From a virus (lineage: Duplodnaviria; Heunggongvirae; Uroviricota; Caudoviricetes), in the IMG/VR virus record IMGVR_UViG_3300042564_004185, positions 1 to 15,197 of that record: a DNA stretch of 15,197 bases, one strand, 5' to 3'. Each line of letters starts with the position of its first letter. Within the stretch, counting starts at the first letter, position 1. The translations under genes and the position numbers were made by a program. The notes under the pieces are model-generated. The model saw only the letters and a program-made list of their open reading frames with translations, was not told where the DNA came from and did no database searches. This document shows positions 8,501-15,197 of this stretch, piece by piece.

Positions 8501-10394
8501 TGATGAGGTTATTCTTTCTTCTACTAATTCAGTGCCTTCTGTCGATGGAATTCACACAATTACCAAAATAAACAATACTCAATTTTTAATAGATCTATCC
8601 ATAACAACAAACGGTAATTCAGGGGCTATGATTAAAAAATCAATAGCATTTGTTTCAGAAAATGAATCCAAAATTAATAGAGTGTATTATTCTAAATTTA
8701 ATCAACCTGAAGCAGTGCCTATAATAAATTATTTTGATTTAGGGGCATCTGATAAAAAAATTATCCGAATCTTACCTTTACGTGACTCATTGTTTGTCTT
8801 TAAAGAAGATGGATTATTCCGTATTTCTGGTGAGACAGCTCCGTTTCAGTCTGAATTATTCGATAATTCTTTCATTTTACTTGCGCCTGATTCTTTAGAT
8901 GTTTGTAATAACGTAATTTATGGGTGGACAACACAAGGAATTCAAGCTTTAACTGAAGGCGGTGCTTCTGTTATTTCAAGAAATATCGATAATATTATTT
9001 TAAAAACACAATCAAGTAATTATATTAATTTCAAAACGGTAACATGGGGTATTGGATATGAATCTGATAATTCATATGTATTATTCACAGTTAAAAAAAT
9101 GGAAGATACTGTTGCACAAATTGCTTACAGATATTCAACAATAACAAATACTTGGACAACTTATGATAAATCTTTTTCGTGCGGTCATATTGCTGATTTT
9201 GATGACCATTTTTATGCTGGAGCAACAGACATACCAAACATTGAAAAAGAGAGAAAGACATTCTCAAGATTGGATTACGCAGATCGTGAATACGAAACAA
9301 CATTAAGTACTGGTAAAATTGAAAATAATAAAATTATATTACCATTTGTCAGTAACTTTGAGGTGGGTGACGTTTTGGTTCAAGATCAAACAATCACAAT
9401 ATACGAGTTCAACCAACTACTGAATAAATTAGATTTAGATAGTGGTCCGTCTTTTAGAGGTAGTTACTTCAATGAATTAGAGATGGTGCAAGGTGATAGC
9501 CCTAAAAATTCATTAATTGCATTAGCCGCTAAATTAGATTTAGATACTAATATTGTCGCTAATGATTTTGAAAGTTCAATTGAAAGTAAGGCTGGTTCGA
9601 TTACATTTATTGAATCTGGATCAGAGGCAATAATAACTTCACCTAATCACGGATTATTGTCCGGTCGAATTATTCAAATTATTGGGTCTAATTCAGTTCA
9701 GAATATCGATGGTAAACATACGGTAACGGTCATTGATTCTAATAAATTTAAAATACCGTTAACTGTTGTCACATCAGGCAACACTGGTACTTGGCAAACT
9801 TTAGACAGTGATTTTAACGATTTAAAAATATGTTATAATAAAGTAATAACAATGCTAAATAACGACAATGGTGTTAACTTTAGTAATTACAGGGTGATTG
9901 ATAACAATACTATCCAAGAAACAATAATTACAAATATTGATAGAGTTAAAAGAGAGGTTACAGTTAATTTGAATTTACCTTTAATCGCTGGAACAGCTAC
10001 CGTATTTAAAGCAATTAAATCTAGTATTACGTATTCACCAAACACATTCAGTGATCCGTTAAATTTAAAGCATTTACGTGAAGCAACGTTGATGTTTGAA
10101 ACTCGTACTCTCACATCCGGAGTATTGTCTTTTGCTACTGACTTATTGCCTGAATTTATTAAAATTCCATTTAATTTAGATGGTAACGGTATTTTCGGTC
10201 ATCAACAATTTGGTGAAAATTTCTTCGGTGGATTATCGAATTCTGCACCTTTTAGAACATACATTCCTAGACAATGTCAAAGATGTAGATATATTATAGG
10301 TAGATTTAGCCATTCAATCGCAAGAGAAGATTGGCGTTTACTAGGTATGACATTAACTGGTGAAGTTCAACAATCAACAAGGGCATTCAGATAA
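5526..10394 (+). CDS. Probable tail nozzle (tail tubular protein B / packaged-DNA stabilisation protein class, T7 gp12 / P22 gp10-like) with large insertions, 1622 aa
   Basis: N-terminal GSLSEASNVVIKRDGIIEQRRGF; propeller-type blades PPFAKDINRYRNSVFYAN and NRVYYSKFNQPEAVP...IIRILPLRDSLFVFKEDGLFRISG...LAPDSLDVCNNVIYGWTTQGI; beta-rich C-terminus ending WRLLGMTLTG. SD AAGGA upstream; position between adaptor and ejection-type genes. Confidence 0.75.
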   Translation: MASNAILAAAGLVTSPNQLNTQEGSLSEASNVVIKRDGIIEQRRGFSTYGDNLPSSVNRAKQITSYRQRILRHYSSKLQFDSNGVGRFVDIDGSVIETETGLRIKFVESNGNLYFTTQNGIKKLSAKDSADLAIMSVETSGIEKALDIKASTKIIDNLQSGFLPQDSTVAYRVVWNKEDRNNNLITGAPSQRAIVSLPMSQLIIRDTMRLLQKLDELDNLDPSTARIDDGNYLQNLKLQLSSSPTELRSNLIALAAKLDNDIILAKQSVSTPAPVRLTGGSIDNGVATITFEMVTAADLAALNALVTKQTYIIYKALDTSKLYQWDGSAFIEKEILKDYFSSGLGIYLSGFSLSTREEIQTIKFTLSDAPTTPDSGNLTIKYKLSESAAIPYTASNADIKSAISKVDGLEYIEDVQGSWSTGFTLTFSNVSGDLDQILVGPATTLKTGATFVVVTTGTTQNGIAEIEGDLNGAQTVSLVSENTIKFNTKSIGVVTVATDAEIKYNEFRSIPNPVEPSIPALHIQLESIQVYFDTILQTLQNLPNSIVAEYELLKYASLSAFPSTGQIKKVYQAQDTEIKYLWDGTSYVEGNDDKGNLDSIDLTTTANVQITFTIPENITVDDFYQVYRSSIAQATETAILDDLSPNDEMKLVFEAYPNQTEINLRSITIIDETPEIFRGANLYTNAATGEGALQTNDQPPFAKDINRYRNSVFYANTRTKHRLDLNLLPVENMVQNYDENDKPKITITNGTTTNTYSFVTGKNEIVKVVVNSTSVVGESFKLFSARGLKYRVYFNTSPVLDPDEIGVKVEIGASPTIPEIAIALSDKLSTLLDDFSTTYDSAASNTVIIDNVEVGEVQNAVDVNPAFAISVEQEGRSSKIEGGTLDVLLSTQISLGQAVDETAKALVEAINKNANESVYAFYMSAVDDVPGKILLESRSLEDINPFYVVANNSITGASFNPDISPDLQITSIVSTLGDTLITTDGNHNLSTGDEVILSSTNSVPSVDGIHTITKINNTQFLIDLSITTNGNSGAMIKKSIAFVSENESKINRVYYSKFNQPEAVPIINYFDLGASDKKIIRILPLRDSLFVFKEDGLFRISGETAPFQSELFDNSFILLAPDSLDVCNNVIYGWTTQGIQALTEGGASVISRNIDNIILKTQSSNYINFKTVTWGIGYESDNSYVLFTVKKMEDTVAQIAYRYSTITNTWTTYDKSFSCGHIADFDDHFYAGATDIPNIEKERKTFSRLDYADREYETTLSTGKIENNKIILPFVSNFEVGDVLVQDQTITIYEFNQLLNKLDLDSGPSFRGSYFNELEMVQGDSPKNSLIALAAKLDLDTNIVANDFESSIESKAGSITFIESGSEAIITSPNHGLLSGRIIQIIGSNSVQNIDGKHTVTVIDSNKFKIPLTVVTSGNTGTWQTLDSDFNDLKICYNKVITMLNNDNGVNFSNYRVIDNNTIQETIITNIDRVKREVTVNLNLPLIAGTATVFKAIKSSITYSPNTFSDPLNLKHLREATLMFETRTLTSGVLSFATDLLPEFIKIPFNLDGNGIFGHQQFGENFFGGLSNSAPFRTYIPRQCQRCRYIIGRFSHSIAREDWRLLGMTLTGEVQQSTRAFR

Positions 10395-10807
10395 TGAAAT
10401 TACCTAGTTATAAAAGAATAATCACACAAGATTATGACCAAGAAAATCAAGAATTGGTTGAGCAATTGGGTGGTAATGTTAATGATTCATTCAATCTGAT
10501 ATACTCAGCTTTAAATAATCGACTAACATTCGGTGAAAACGTAGCTAGTACGGTTAAGGACGTTGAAGTTGTTGTAGACTCTACGGGGAAACCAATAAAT
10601 GACACATCTTTTAGATTGGATGTGATTAATACTCCTGTAATGGGTTGTATTTGCATAAAAGCTACAAATTTAGTAAATTCAAATAGTTATCCAACTGGAG
10701 CACCTTGGATTAGTTTTGTACAAAATGATAATTCTATACGGATTTTAAATGTAACTAACCTACAACCTAACACTCGCTATAGTCTTAAAATCATAGCATT
10801 AAATTAA
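10394..10807 (+). CDS. Hypothetical virion protein, 137 aa (possible tail plug/needle or fibre-attachment subunit)
   Basis: TAATG overlap with the nozzle stop suggests translational coupling. Helical N-half, beta-rich C-half. It occupies the slot of the P22 gp26 needle; no sequence similarity is claimed. Confidence 0.7.
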   Translation: MKLPSYKRIITQDYDQENQELVEQLGGNVNDSFNLIYSALNNRLTFGENVASTVKDVEVVVDSTGKPINDTSFRLDVINTPVMGCICIKATNLVNSNSYPTGAPWISFVQNDNSIRILNVTNLQPNTRYSLKIIALN

Positions 10808-10815
10808 CAACTAGT
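10804..10815 (+). promoter_or_regulatory. Intergenic motif TTAACAACTAGT, copy 2; candidate phage promoter or operator
   Basis: Exact repeat of 3816-3827. Overlaps the stop of the 137-aa gene and ends 18 nt before the ATG of the first ejection-type gene. Confidence 0.55.
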
Positions 10816-10833
10816 AATTAGAGGGCAATAGAA

Positions 10834-12456
10834 ATGATTCCTAACAATCGAAACAAAAAAGGCACAGGATTTACAAACTTGAGTAGGATACTTCAAGCGA
10901 GTAAAGGGGCTAGGTTAGGTGGTCAAGTTGCCTCTGGTGTTCAAAAAGTTGGGCAGCAAGTTCGTGGGCAAATCGGTCAGGCTAGTGAACAATTTGAAAA
11001 AAAAGCAGGAGAAGAAGCTGCTAAATTCGGTGAAGAAGCAGTTAAGGAACGTGAGAGTGCAATATCATCTTTAGTCCCCACTTCTTCAGGATCTTCAGGT
11101 GTTAATGCTCCTCAAGCTGATCAAAGTGAAGCAATTAGAAACATAACAAATTGGAGATCTTCCGAATATAAGGGACCAACTCAATTGGAAGATTATGAGT
11201 CATTAGCAAGCAGAGCTACAGAAGCTGAGCAATTAGGTCGTTTGGGTAGAACGTCAGGTGGTAAACAAGAATTACTACGTAGGTTTGTTGGTGGTAAAGA
11301 TTATTCTCAGGGTGAACAAAGATTAGATACAGCATTACTAGGATTAACTGGTCAATCTGGATTAAGTGAAGCTAGACGATTAACTAGGGGACTTGGGACT
11401 GAATTAGCTCAAAAGTCAGGAGTTGCTTCTGAACAAGCCCGTCAATTAGCACAACAAGCTATTGATTTTGGTAAAGACACAACACAGAGTTTGCTTGACA
11501 AAAAGGAAAGTGTTTTATCTGGAGCTGAGTACGGTGTCGGTGGCAAAAACTTACGAGATATTGCTAAAGAAGCCGAATCGAAAGAAGCAGGTAGGGCTAA
11601 ATTGTCTGATGACATTAGAGATTTTAATAATTATTTTCAAGGATTAGTTGCGTCTGGTGCAAAAACAAAAGATCAACAAAGAGATGCATTTTATGAATTA
11701 TTAGATAAAGCAAAAAATCAAGGATATATTTCACAGGGTGAACTTTCTAATTTATTTGATACAAAATCAATAAATGCTAGTGATGCTTATAATCCTGAAT
11801 ATGACTTTATTTCTCGTGCACAAAACTATGGTATAGATCCGTATGCATCATTAAGTGCATTGGTTACTTCAGGTAAAGCCGCTGAAAATTTAAATTTAGG
11901 AAGCGTTGTTGCTGCTGAATCTCCTGAAAGGGCTAGACAACTTAAATTACTAGAGCAATTAGCAGGTGTTCAAGCACCTGAGTTTGCAGATCAGGGTGAA
12001 TTTAAAAAAGGAACTTTAGGATTTGAAAAAGGAACTCCTCTATTTAAACAACAAGTACTGGATAAGGAAGTTAAAAAATACACCGATGATTTAAACAAAG
12101 TAAAATCAGCCTTGCCCGGAACATCTAAAAATGCAATCAATGATTTAGGTAGATTCCTTAACCAATCATCAACATCGATGGGTCCCGGTTGGCGAAAACT
12201 GGAAACACATGAGGCACTAGTTCGAGATATAAAAAATGGTAAATTTATAAATTTAGATAGTTACCCACAAATGAAACATCTAGGTGGCTATAAAAACGAA
12301 GTAAGAAAAATTGTAAATAATTATAATAACTTAATATCCCAAAGAGATGTTTTAACTCCGAATTTAAAAAAAGCAACAGATTATAAAACAAAAATAGATC
12401 AAGAACTAGCATCGATTGATAATCCCTATGCTACTACCCCGGAAGAAACTGAATAA
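10834..12456 (+). CDS. Probable internal virion / ejection protein, 540 aa
   Basis: Follows the tail genes. Gly/Gln/Ala-rich, apparently helical N-terminal half (GFTNLSRILQAS...GQVASGVQKVGQQVRGQIGQASEQF; GKQELLRRFVGG). SD-like AGAGGG. No catalytic motif recognised. Confidence 0.6.
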   Translation: MIPNNRNKKGTGFTNLSRILQASKGARLGGQVASGVQKVGQQVRGQIGQASEQFEKKAGEEAAKFGEEAVKERESAISSLVPTSSGSSGVNAPQADQSEAIRNITNWRSSEYKGPTQLEDYESLASRATEAEQLGRLGRTSGGKQELLRRFVGGKDYSQGEQRLDTALLGLTGQSGLSEARRLTRGLGTELAQKSGVASEQARQLAQQAIDFGKDTTQSLLDKKESVLSGAEYGVGGKNLRDIAKEAESKEAGRAKLSDDIRDFNNYFQGLVASGAKTKDQQRDAFYELLDKAKNQGYISQGELSNLFDTKSINASDAYNPEYDFISRAQNYGIDPYASLSALVTSGKAAENLNLGSVVAAESPERARQLKLLEQLAGVQAPEFADQGEFKKGTLGFEKGTPLFKQQVLDKEVKKYTDDLNKVKSALPGTSKNAINDLGRFLNQSSTSMGPGWRKLETHEALVRDIKNGKFINLDSYPQMKHLGGYKNEVRKIVNNYNNLISQRDVLTPNLKKATDYKTKIDQELASIDNPYATTPEETE

Positions 12457-12914
12457 TGAAATTATCTTGTTTTAATATTGAAGCTGAAATTTTAATGGAA
12501 AATGGAAGCTATAAAAAAATAGGCGAAATACAAAAAGGTGAAAAAATCGCTTTGGGTGGGGAAGTTAAAAACATTTCACCAAGAAAAGATACTGAACTAT
12601 ATCAATATGATAATTTAAAAGTTCAAGGAGATCAAGCTGTATTTGAGTCTGGTGTTTGGACACTTGTTAAAAATTCAAAAAAAGCATATCCTATAGGTGT
12701 CGAATCTGCTATAGTGCATTTTATTGAGACAGATAATCACCTTATTGTAACAAGAAATACTATATGGGCTGATATTTTAGGTTCAAAAGATATAGATTAT
12801 GAATTAGAAGTTTTGAATCAAAATAAACCTCGTAATATTAAATTAGAAAGATTCTTGAATGAATATTTTCAAGATGAAAAAAATAAATTAAAAGAAATTA
12901 AAACACCATTTTAA
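12456..12914 (+). CDS. Stand-alone Hint (Hedgehog/intein-like) domain protein, 152 aa, probably catalytically degenerate
   Basis: CFNIEAEILMENGSYKKIGEIQKGEKI matches Hint block A (CF..GT.I.M.DG..K.IE.I..GD.V). VQGDQAVFESGVW sits at the block B (TxxH) position and VHFIETDNHLIV resembles block F. No terminal His-Asn. TAATG overlap with the upstream stop. Confidence 0.8.
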   Translation: MKLSCFNIEAEILMENGSYKKIGEIQKGEKIALGGEVKNISPRKDTELYQYDNLKVQGDQAVFESGVWTLVKNSKKAYPIGVESAIVHFIETDNHLIVTRNTIWADILGSKDIDYELEVLNQNKPRNIKLERFLNEYFQDEKNKLKEIKTPF

Positions 12915-12923
12915 GGATAAATT

Positions 12924-13961
12924 ATGTCATGGGCTATTGCCGCTGCAGCCGCAGCACCGATTATTGGAGGTATCGCTGGTAACTTGATGGGTGCCGGTGA
13001 TCGTAAAAAAGCAATGCAACTGATTAAAAAAGGAGTCGCTGAATTAAAAGCAGCTGGGTTTCCACCTGATCTTTCTACTCCTTTACTGCTCAGACAATTC
13101 CAAGAAATTGGAATAATGACTCCTGAGTTAGAACAAGATATTCAAATTGCAGCATCTGAAGTTGCTGAACTAGAAGAAGATCCCATTCTTAGAAATAGTC
13201 AGCTCGAAGCTCTTAATGTTTTTAAACAAATGGGTAGAACCGGATTTGGACCAGAAGAAAGAGCTGCTTATAATCAAATGAGACAACAGCAGCAACAAGA
13301 TCTCCAATCAAGGTTGGCAAGTCAAGATCTTGAAGCTCAACGTAGAGGTATGGCACAAGCAGGTGATACTAGAGCACAACAATTACTTTCAATTCAGGCA
13401 GGTGCCGATAGAGCATCAATGGAGGGTGATAGACTTTCTGCTATGTTAAGTGAGAGAATAAGAGAGGGAGCTACTGGTATGTCTAATGTTGCTTCCGGAA
13501 TAAGAGGACAAGATTATCAAGCTGAACTAGCTCGTAGGCAAGCTAAAGATTTAAGAGAACAATTTAGAGCGGAAAACGCAATGGCTCGTCAAATGAGAAA
13601 TGTCGGTGCATTAAATGAACGACAACAAAGAGAGGAGCAACAAGCTATGCAAGTTGCAACTGCTAATACTCAACAATTTAATGCAGAGCAAGGTAGACAG
13701 CTTGATGCACAAAGACAATATTGGAAAGATAAATTAGATAGGGCAACGGCATTAGCTAATGCATACAGTGGACAATCGACAGCACTTCAAAATCAAGCAG
13801 CAAACACTGCCAGTATGTGGTCTGGTATCGGTTCTGGTATTGGTCAAGGATTTGGTGCTTATTCTCAGGCACAATCTGATAATCGAAAGAATGACATTGC
13901 GGCTGCTAAATTAGATCAAAGCGGAAGAGATTATTTAGATAAGCTTAAAAGGCAAGGATAG
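12924..13961 (+). CDS. Probable ejection / DNA-pilot protein (compositionally like P22 gp7, T7 gp14 or phiX174 H), 345 aa
   Basis: Hydrophobic Ala/Gly N-terminus MSWAIAAAAAAPIIGGIAGNLMGAG, long Gln/Ala/Arg-rich coiled-coil-like middle, and Gly-rich MWSGIGSGIGQGFGAY near the C-terminus. SD AAGGA upstream. Confidence 0.7.
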   Translation: MSWAIAAAAAAPIIGGIAGNLMGAGDRKKAMQLIKKGVAELKAAGFPPDLSTPLLLRQFQEIGIMTPELEQDIQIAASEVAELEEDPILRNSQLEALNVFKQMGRTGFGPEERAAYNQMRQQQQQDLQSRLASQDLEAQRRGMAQAGDTRAQQLLSIQAGADRASMEGDRLSAMLSERIREGATGMSNVASGIRGQDYQAELARRQAKDLREQFRAENAMARQMRNVGALNERQQREEQQAMQVATANTQQFNAEQGRQLDAQRQYWKDKLDRATALANAYSGQSTALQNQAANTASMWSGIGSGIGQGFGAYSQAQSDNRKNDIAAAKLDQSGRDYLDKLKRQG

Positions 13962-13965
13962 TTGA

Positions 13966-14451
13966 ATGAAAAATCAAGACGTTAGTTATGTTTTTTCTGA
14001 AGAAGAATTAATGGATATTTTGTCAGATAATTCATCTGAAATGTCTGATGTTCCTAAGAAAAAACCTTTGCCACAAAAGCCATGGTGGATTGATCAACCT
14101 GAATTAGCTCCAGATTTAAGACCTGATTCAGATCCAATGGGGACGAGAACGCTTCATAAGAGCACTAACATGGCTGATGATGCAATTGAATGGATGAAAA
14201 ATCAACAAAGTCGTTTCGGAAAAATAAAAAATCAGATAAAATCAGCTACTCCCCTTGCTAAGCAGGTAGGGAAGAAAGCAGTTAGTGCAGGATTAGGAGC
14301 GGCAGGTCTTTTGATACAAGAAGGACTTGGGGCAGAATCCGGTTCAGATGATGCAATTATTGAAGATCCAACACAACCATTGGAAATTCGTAAAGCAGCA
14401 ATGATGCGTATGAAAAATAAATATTTAAAACCTCAGGAAGAAAATGAGTAA
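13966..14451 (+). CDS. Hypothetical protein in the ejection-gene cluster, 161 aa
   Basis: SD AAGGA at about 13955-13959. Gly-rich apolar segment AVSAGLGAAGLLIQEGLGA. Overlaps the next gene by 8 nt. Confidence 0.75.
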   Translation: MKNQDVSYVFSEEELMDILSDNSSEMSDVPKKKPLPQKPWWIDQPELAPDLRPDSDPMGTRTLHKSTNMADDAIEWMKNQQSRFGKIKNQIKSATPLAKQVGKKAVSAGLGAAGLLIQEGLGAESGSDDAIIEDPTQPLEIRKAAMMRMKNKYLKPQEENE

Positions 14452-15197
14452 AACCAAAGCTTTGAAAGAATTAATTGAGGAATCCCCCGAGCAAATAGCT
14501 AAAATCATTCGCTCGCTAAAGGGTGAAGCAGATGATGCTGCAACTAAACTTGGTTCAGGTAAAAATTTAGAAGAACTTAAAAAAGCACAGGAAGCGATTG
14601 CTGAGCAAGCTAGAACGTCACAACCTCCGGCTTACCCTAAAAATGTAGTTCAAGATGAATTAGCAAATACACAAGGATTTAAGTTAGAAGGTGCTCCTTA
14701 TACAAAAGAAGCAGTGATGGTTCCTGAAGGATCATCTGTCCCTGCAATTAGAAAACAAACCTTACCGGAAGTAATTGAAACAACAGCAACTAAAGTAGAT
14801 GAAGCCCCTGTACTAACATCGACACCATCACAAATGATGTCAAAAGCTAGTCCTAATACGTTGGCTGAAACAGCTGAAGCACTAAAAGGTTCAGTTGATG
14901 ATGCTTTAACTCCGGGTATGAGTTTAAATAAAAAATTAGGTATAGCCGCAGGGGCAACGGGTACAGGTGCTGCATTAATGTCTATGAATGGGAAAGAACA
15001 ACCTCAACTAGCTACTCCTCAACAACCGATTGTTAAAGTTCCAACTGAGGTAGCACCACAAATAGCCACTAAAAAAGAACAAAAAATAGAAAAAGATCAA
15101 GGAATTTCTAAAGTAGATACTAAGGTATTATCTAATAAATTAGATCAGATAATGGCATCTCTCCCAAAGGATCAACAACCGAAAACGCAAGAAGAAG
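14444..15197 (+). CDS. 3'-truncated probable ejection / internal virion protein (first 251 aa); not in the supplied ORF track
   Basis: ATG at 14444 preceded by CAGGAAG, open to the window end: MSKTKALKELIEESPEQIAKIIRSLKGEADDAATKLGSG...LNKKLGIAAGATGTGAALMSMNGKEQPQLATPQQP... Low-complexity Ala/Pro/Glu/Lys/Thr/Gln composition. Confidence 0.8.
   Translation, partial: MSKTKALKELIEESPEQIAKIIRSLKGEADDAATKLGSGKNLEELKKAQEAIAEQARTSQPPAYPKNVVQDELANTQGFKLEGAPYTKEAVMVPEGSSVPAIRKQTLPEVIETTATKVDEAPVLTSTPSQMMSKASPNTLAETAEALKGSVDDALTPGMSLNKKLGIAAGATGTGAALMSMNGKEQPQLATPQQPIVKVPTEVAPQIATKKEQKIEKDQGISKVDTKVLSNKLDQIMASLPKDQQPKTQEE

Larger units (their letters stand above)
1..15197 (+). mobile_element. Tailed phage (probably podovirus-type) virion structural module; free phage vs prophage undetermined
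   Basis: Eleven co-oriented genes with gaps of at most 51 bp and several overlaps. Order fibres, adaptor, nozzle, ejection-type proteins parallels T7 gp11-gp12-gp14/15/16 and P22 gp4-gp10-gp26-gp7/20/16. No sheath, tape-measure or host housekeeping gene is recognisable. Confidence 0.9.

Noticed and set aside
2416-11647. Short alternative-frame ORFs in the track: 2416-2622 (+), 2972-3175 (-), 3431-3694 (-), 5744-5971 (-), 9091-9303 (+), 9887-10114 (-), 10447-10656 (-), 11462-11647 (+)
   Set aside because: All are 61-87 aa, lie fully inside long well-supported genes, and show no recognisable motif. They are expected shadow ORFs.
12440-12470. Programmed -1 frameshift fusing the 540-aa protein to the Hint domain
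   Set aside because: The Hint frame has TGA at 12450-12452, two codons before its ATG, and there is no slippery heptamer at the junction. TAATG is ordinary translational coupling, as at 10392-10396.
12241-12914. Low-GC block suggesting recent acquisition of the Hint gene (hand count about 24-27% GC)
   Set aside because: Parts of the nozzle gene are as low (13/60 at 8641-8700), and the higher GC of the neighbours is explained by their Gly/Ala content.
13284-13298. Poly-Gln tract as a contingency microsatellite
   Set aside because: Mixed CAA/CAG codons and only five residues; typical of Gln-rich coiled coils.
10834-14451. Lytic transglycosylase or lysozyme domain in the ejection proteins, as in T7 gp16
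   Set aside because: No recognisable catalytic motif in these ORFs; one may lie beyond the window.
1-15197. Stop-codon reassignment (alternative genetic code)
   Set aside because: Long ORFs tile the window under the standard code, and both TAG stops (3809, 13961) are followed by new genes with their own SD and ATG.

Overview
All supported genes lie on the + strand and are tightly packed: a low-GC virion-morphogenesis module of a tailed phage (free phage or prophage cannot be decided). Order: end of a fibre-type protein (1..399, 5' partial); 1132-aa mosaic fibre/receptor-binding protein; small acidic Met-rich protein; 410-aa probable head-tail adaptor; 1622-aa probable tail nozzle (T7 gp12 / P22 gp10 class); 137-aa conserved hypothetical; then a cluster of probable ejection proteins (540, 345, 161 and >251 aa) with a stand-alone, apparently degenerate Hint (intein-like) gene in the middle. 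This layout suggests a podovirus-type short tail. I see no RNA genes, CRISPR array, transposase, integrase or reverse transcriptase. Main points of interest: (1) the free-standing Hint gene among the ejection genes; (2) a 12-bp motif TTAACAACTAGT, able to form a hairpin with the same AACTA loop, in the two longest intergenic gaps; (3) a nozzle enlarged by an internal duplication, nested insertions and a module shared with the fibre gene; (4) a CBM-like cassette in the fibre flanked by 39/40-identical in-frame direct repeats. All family assignments come from motif recognition and gene order by eye, not from database searches.
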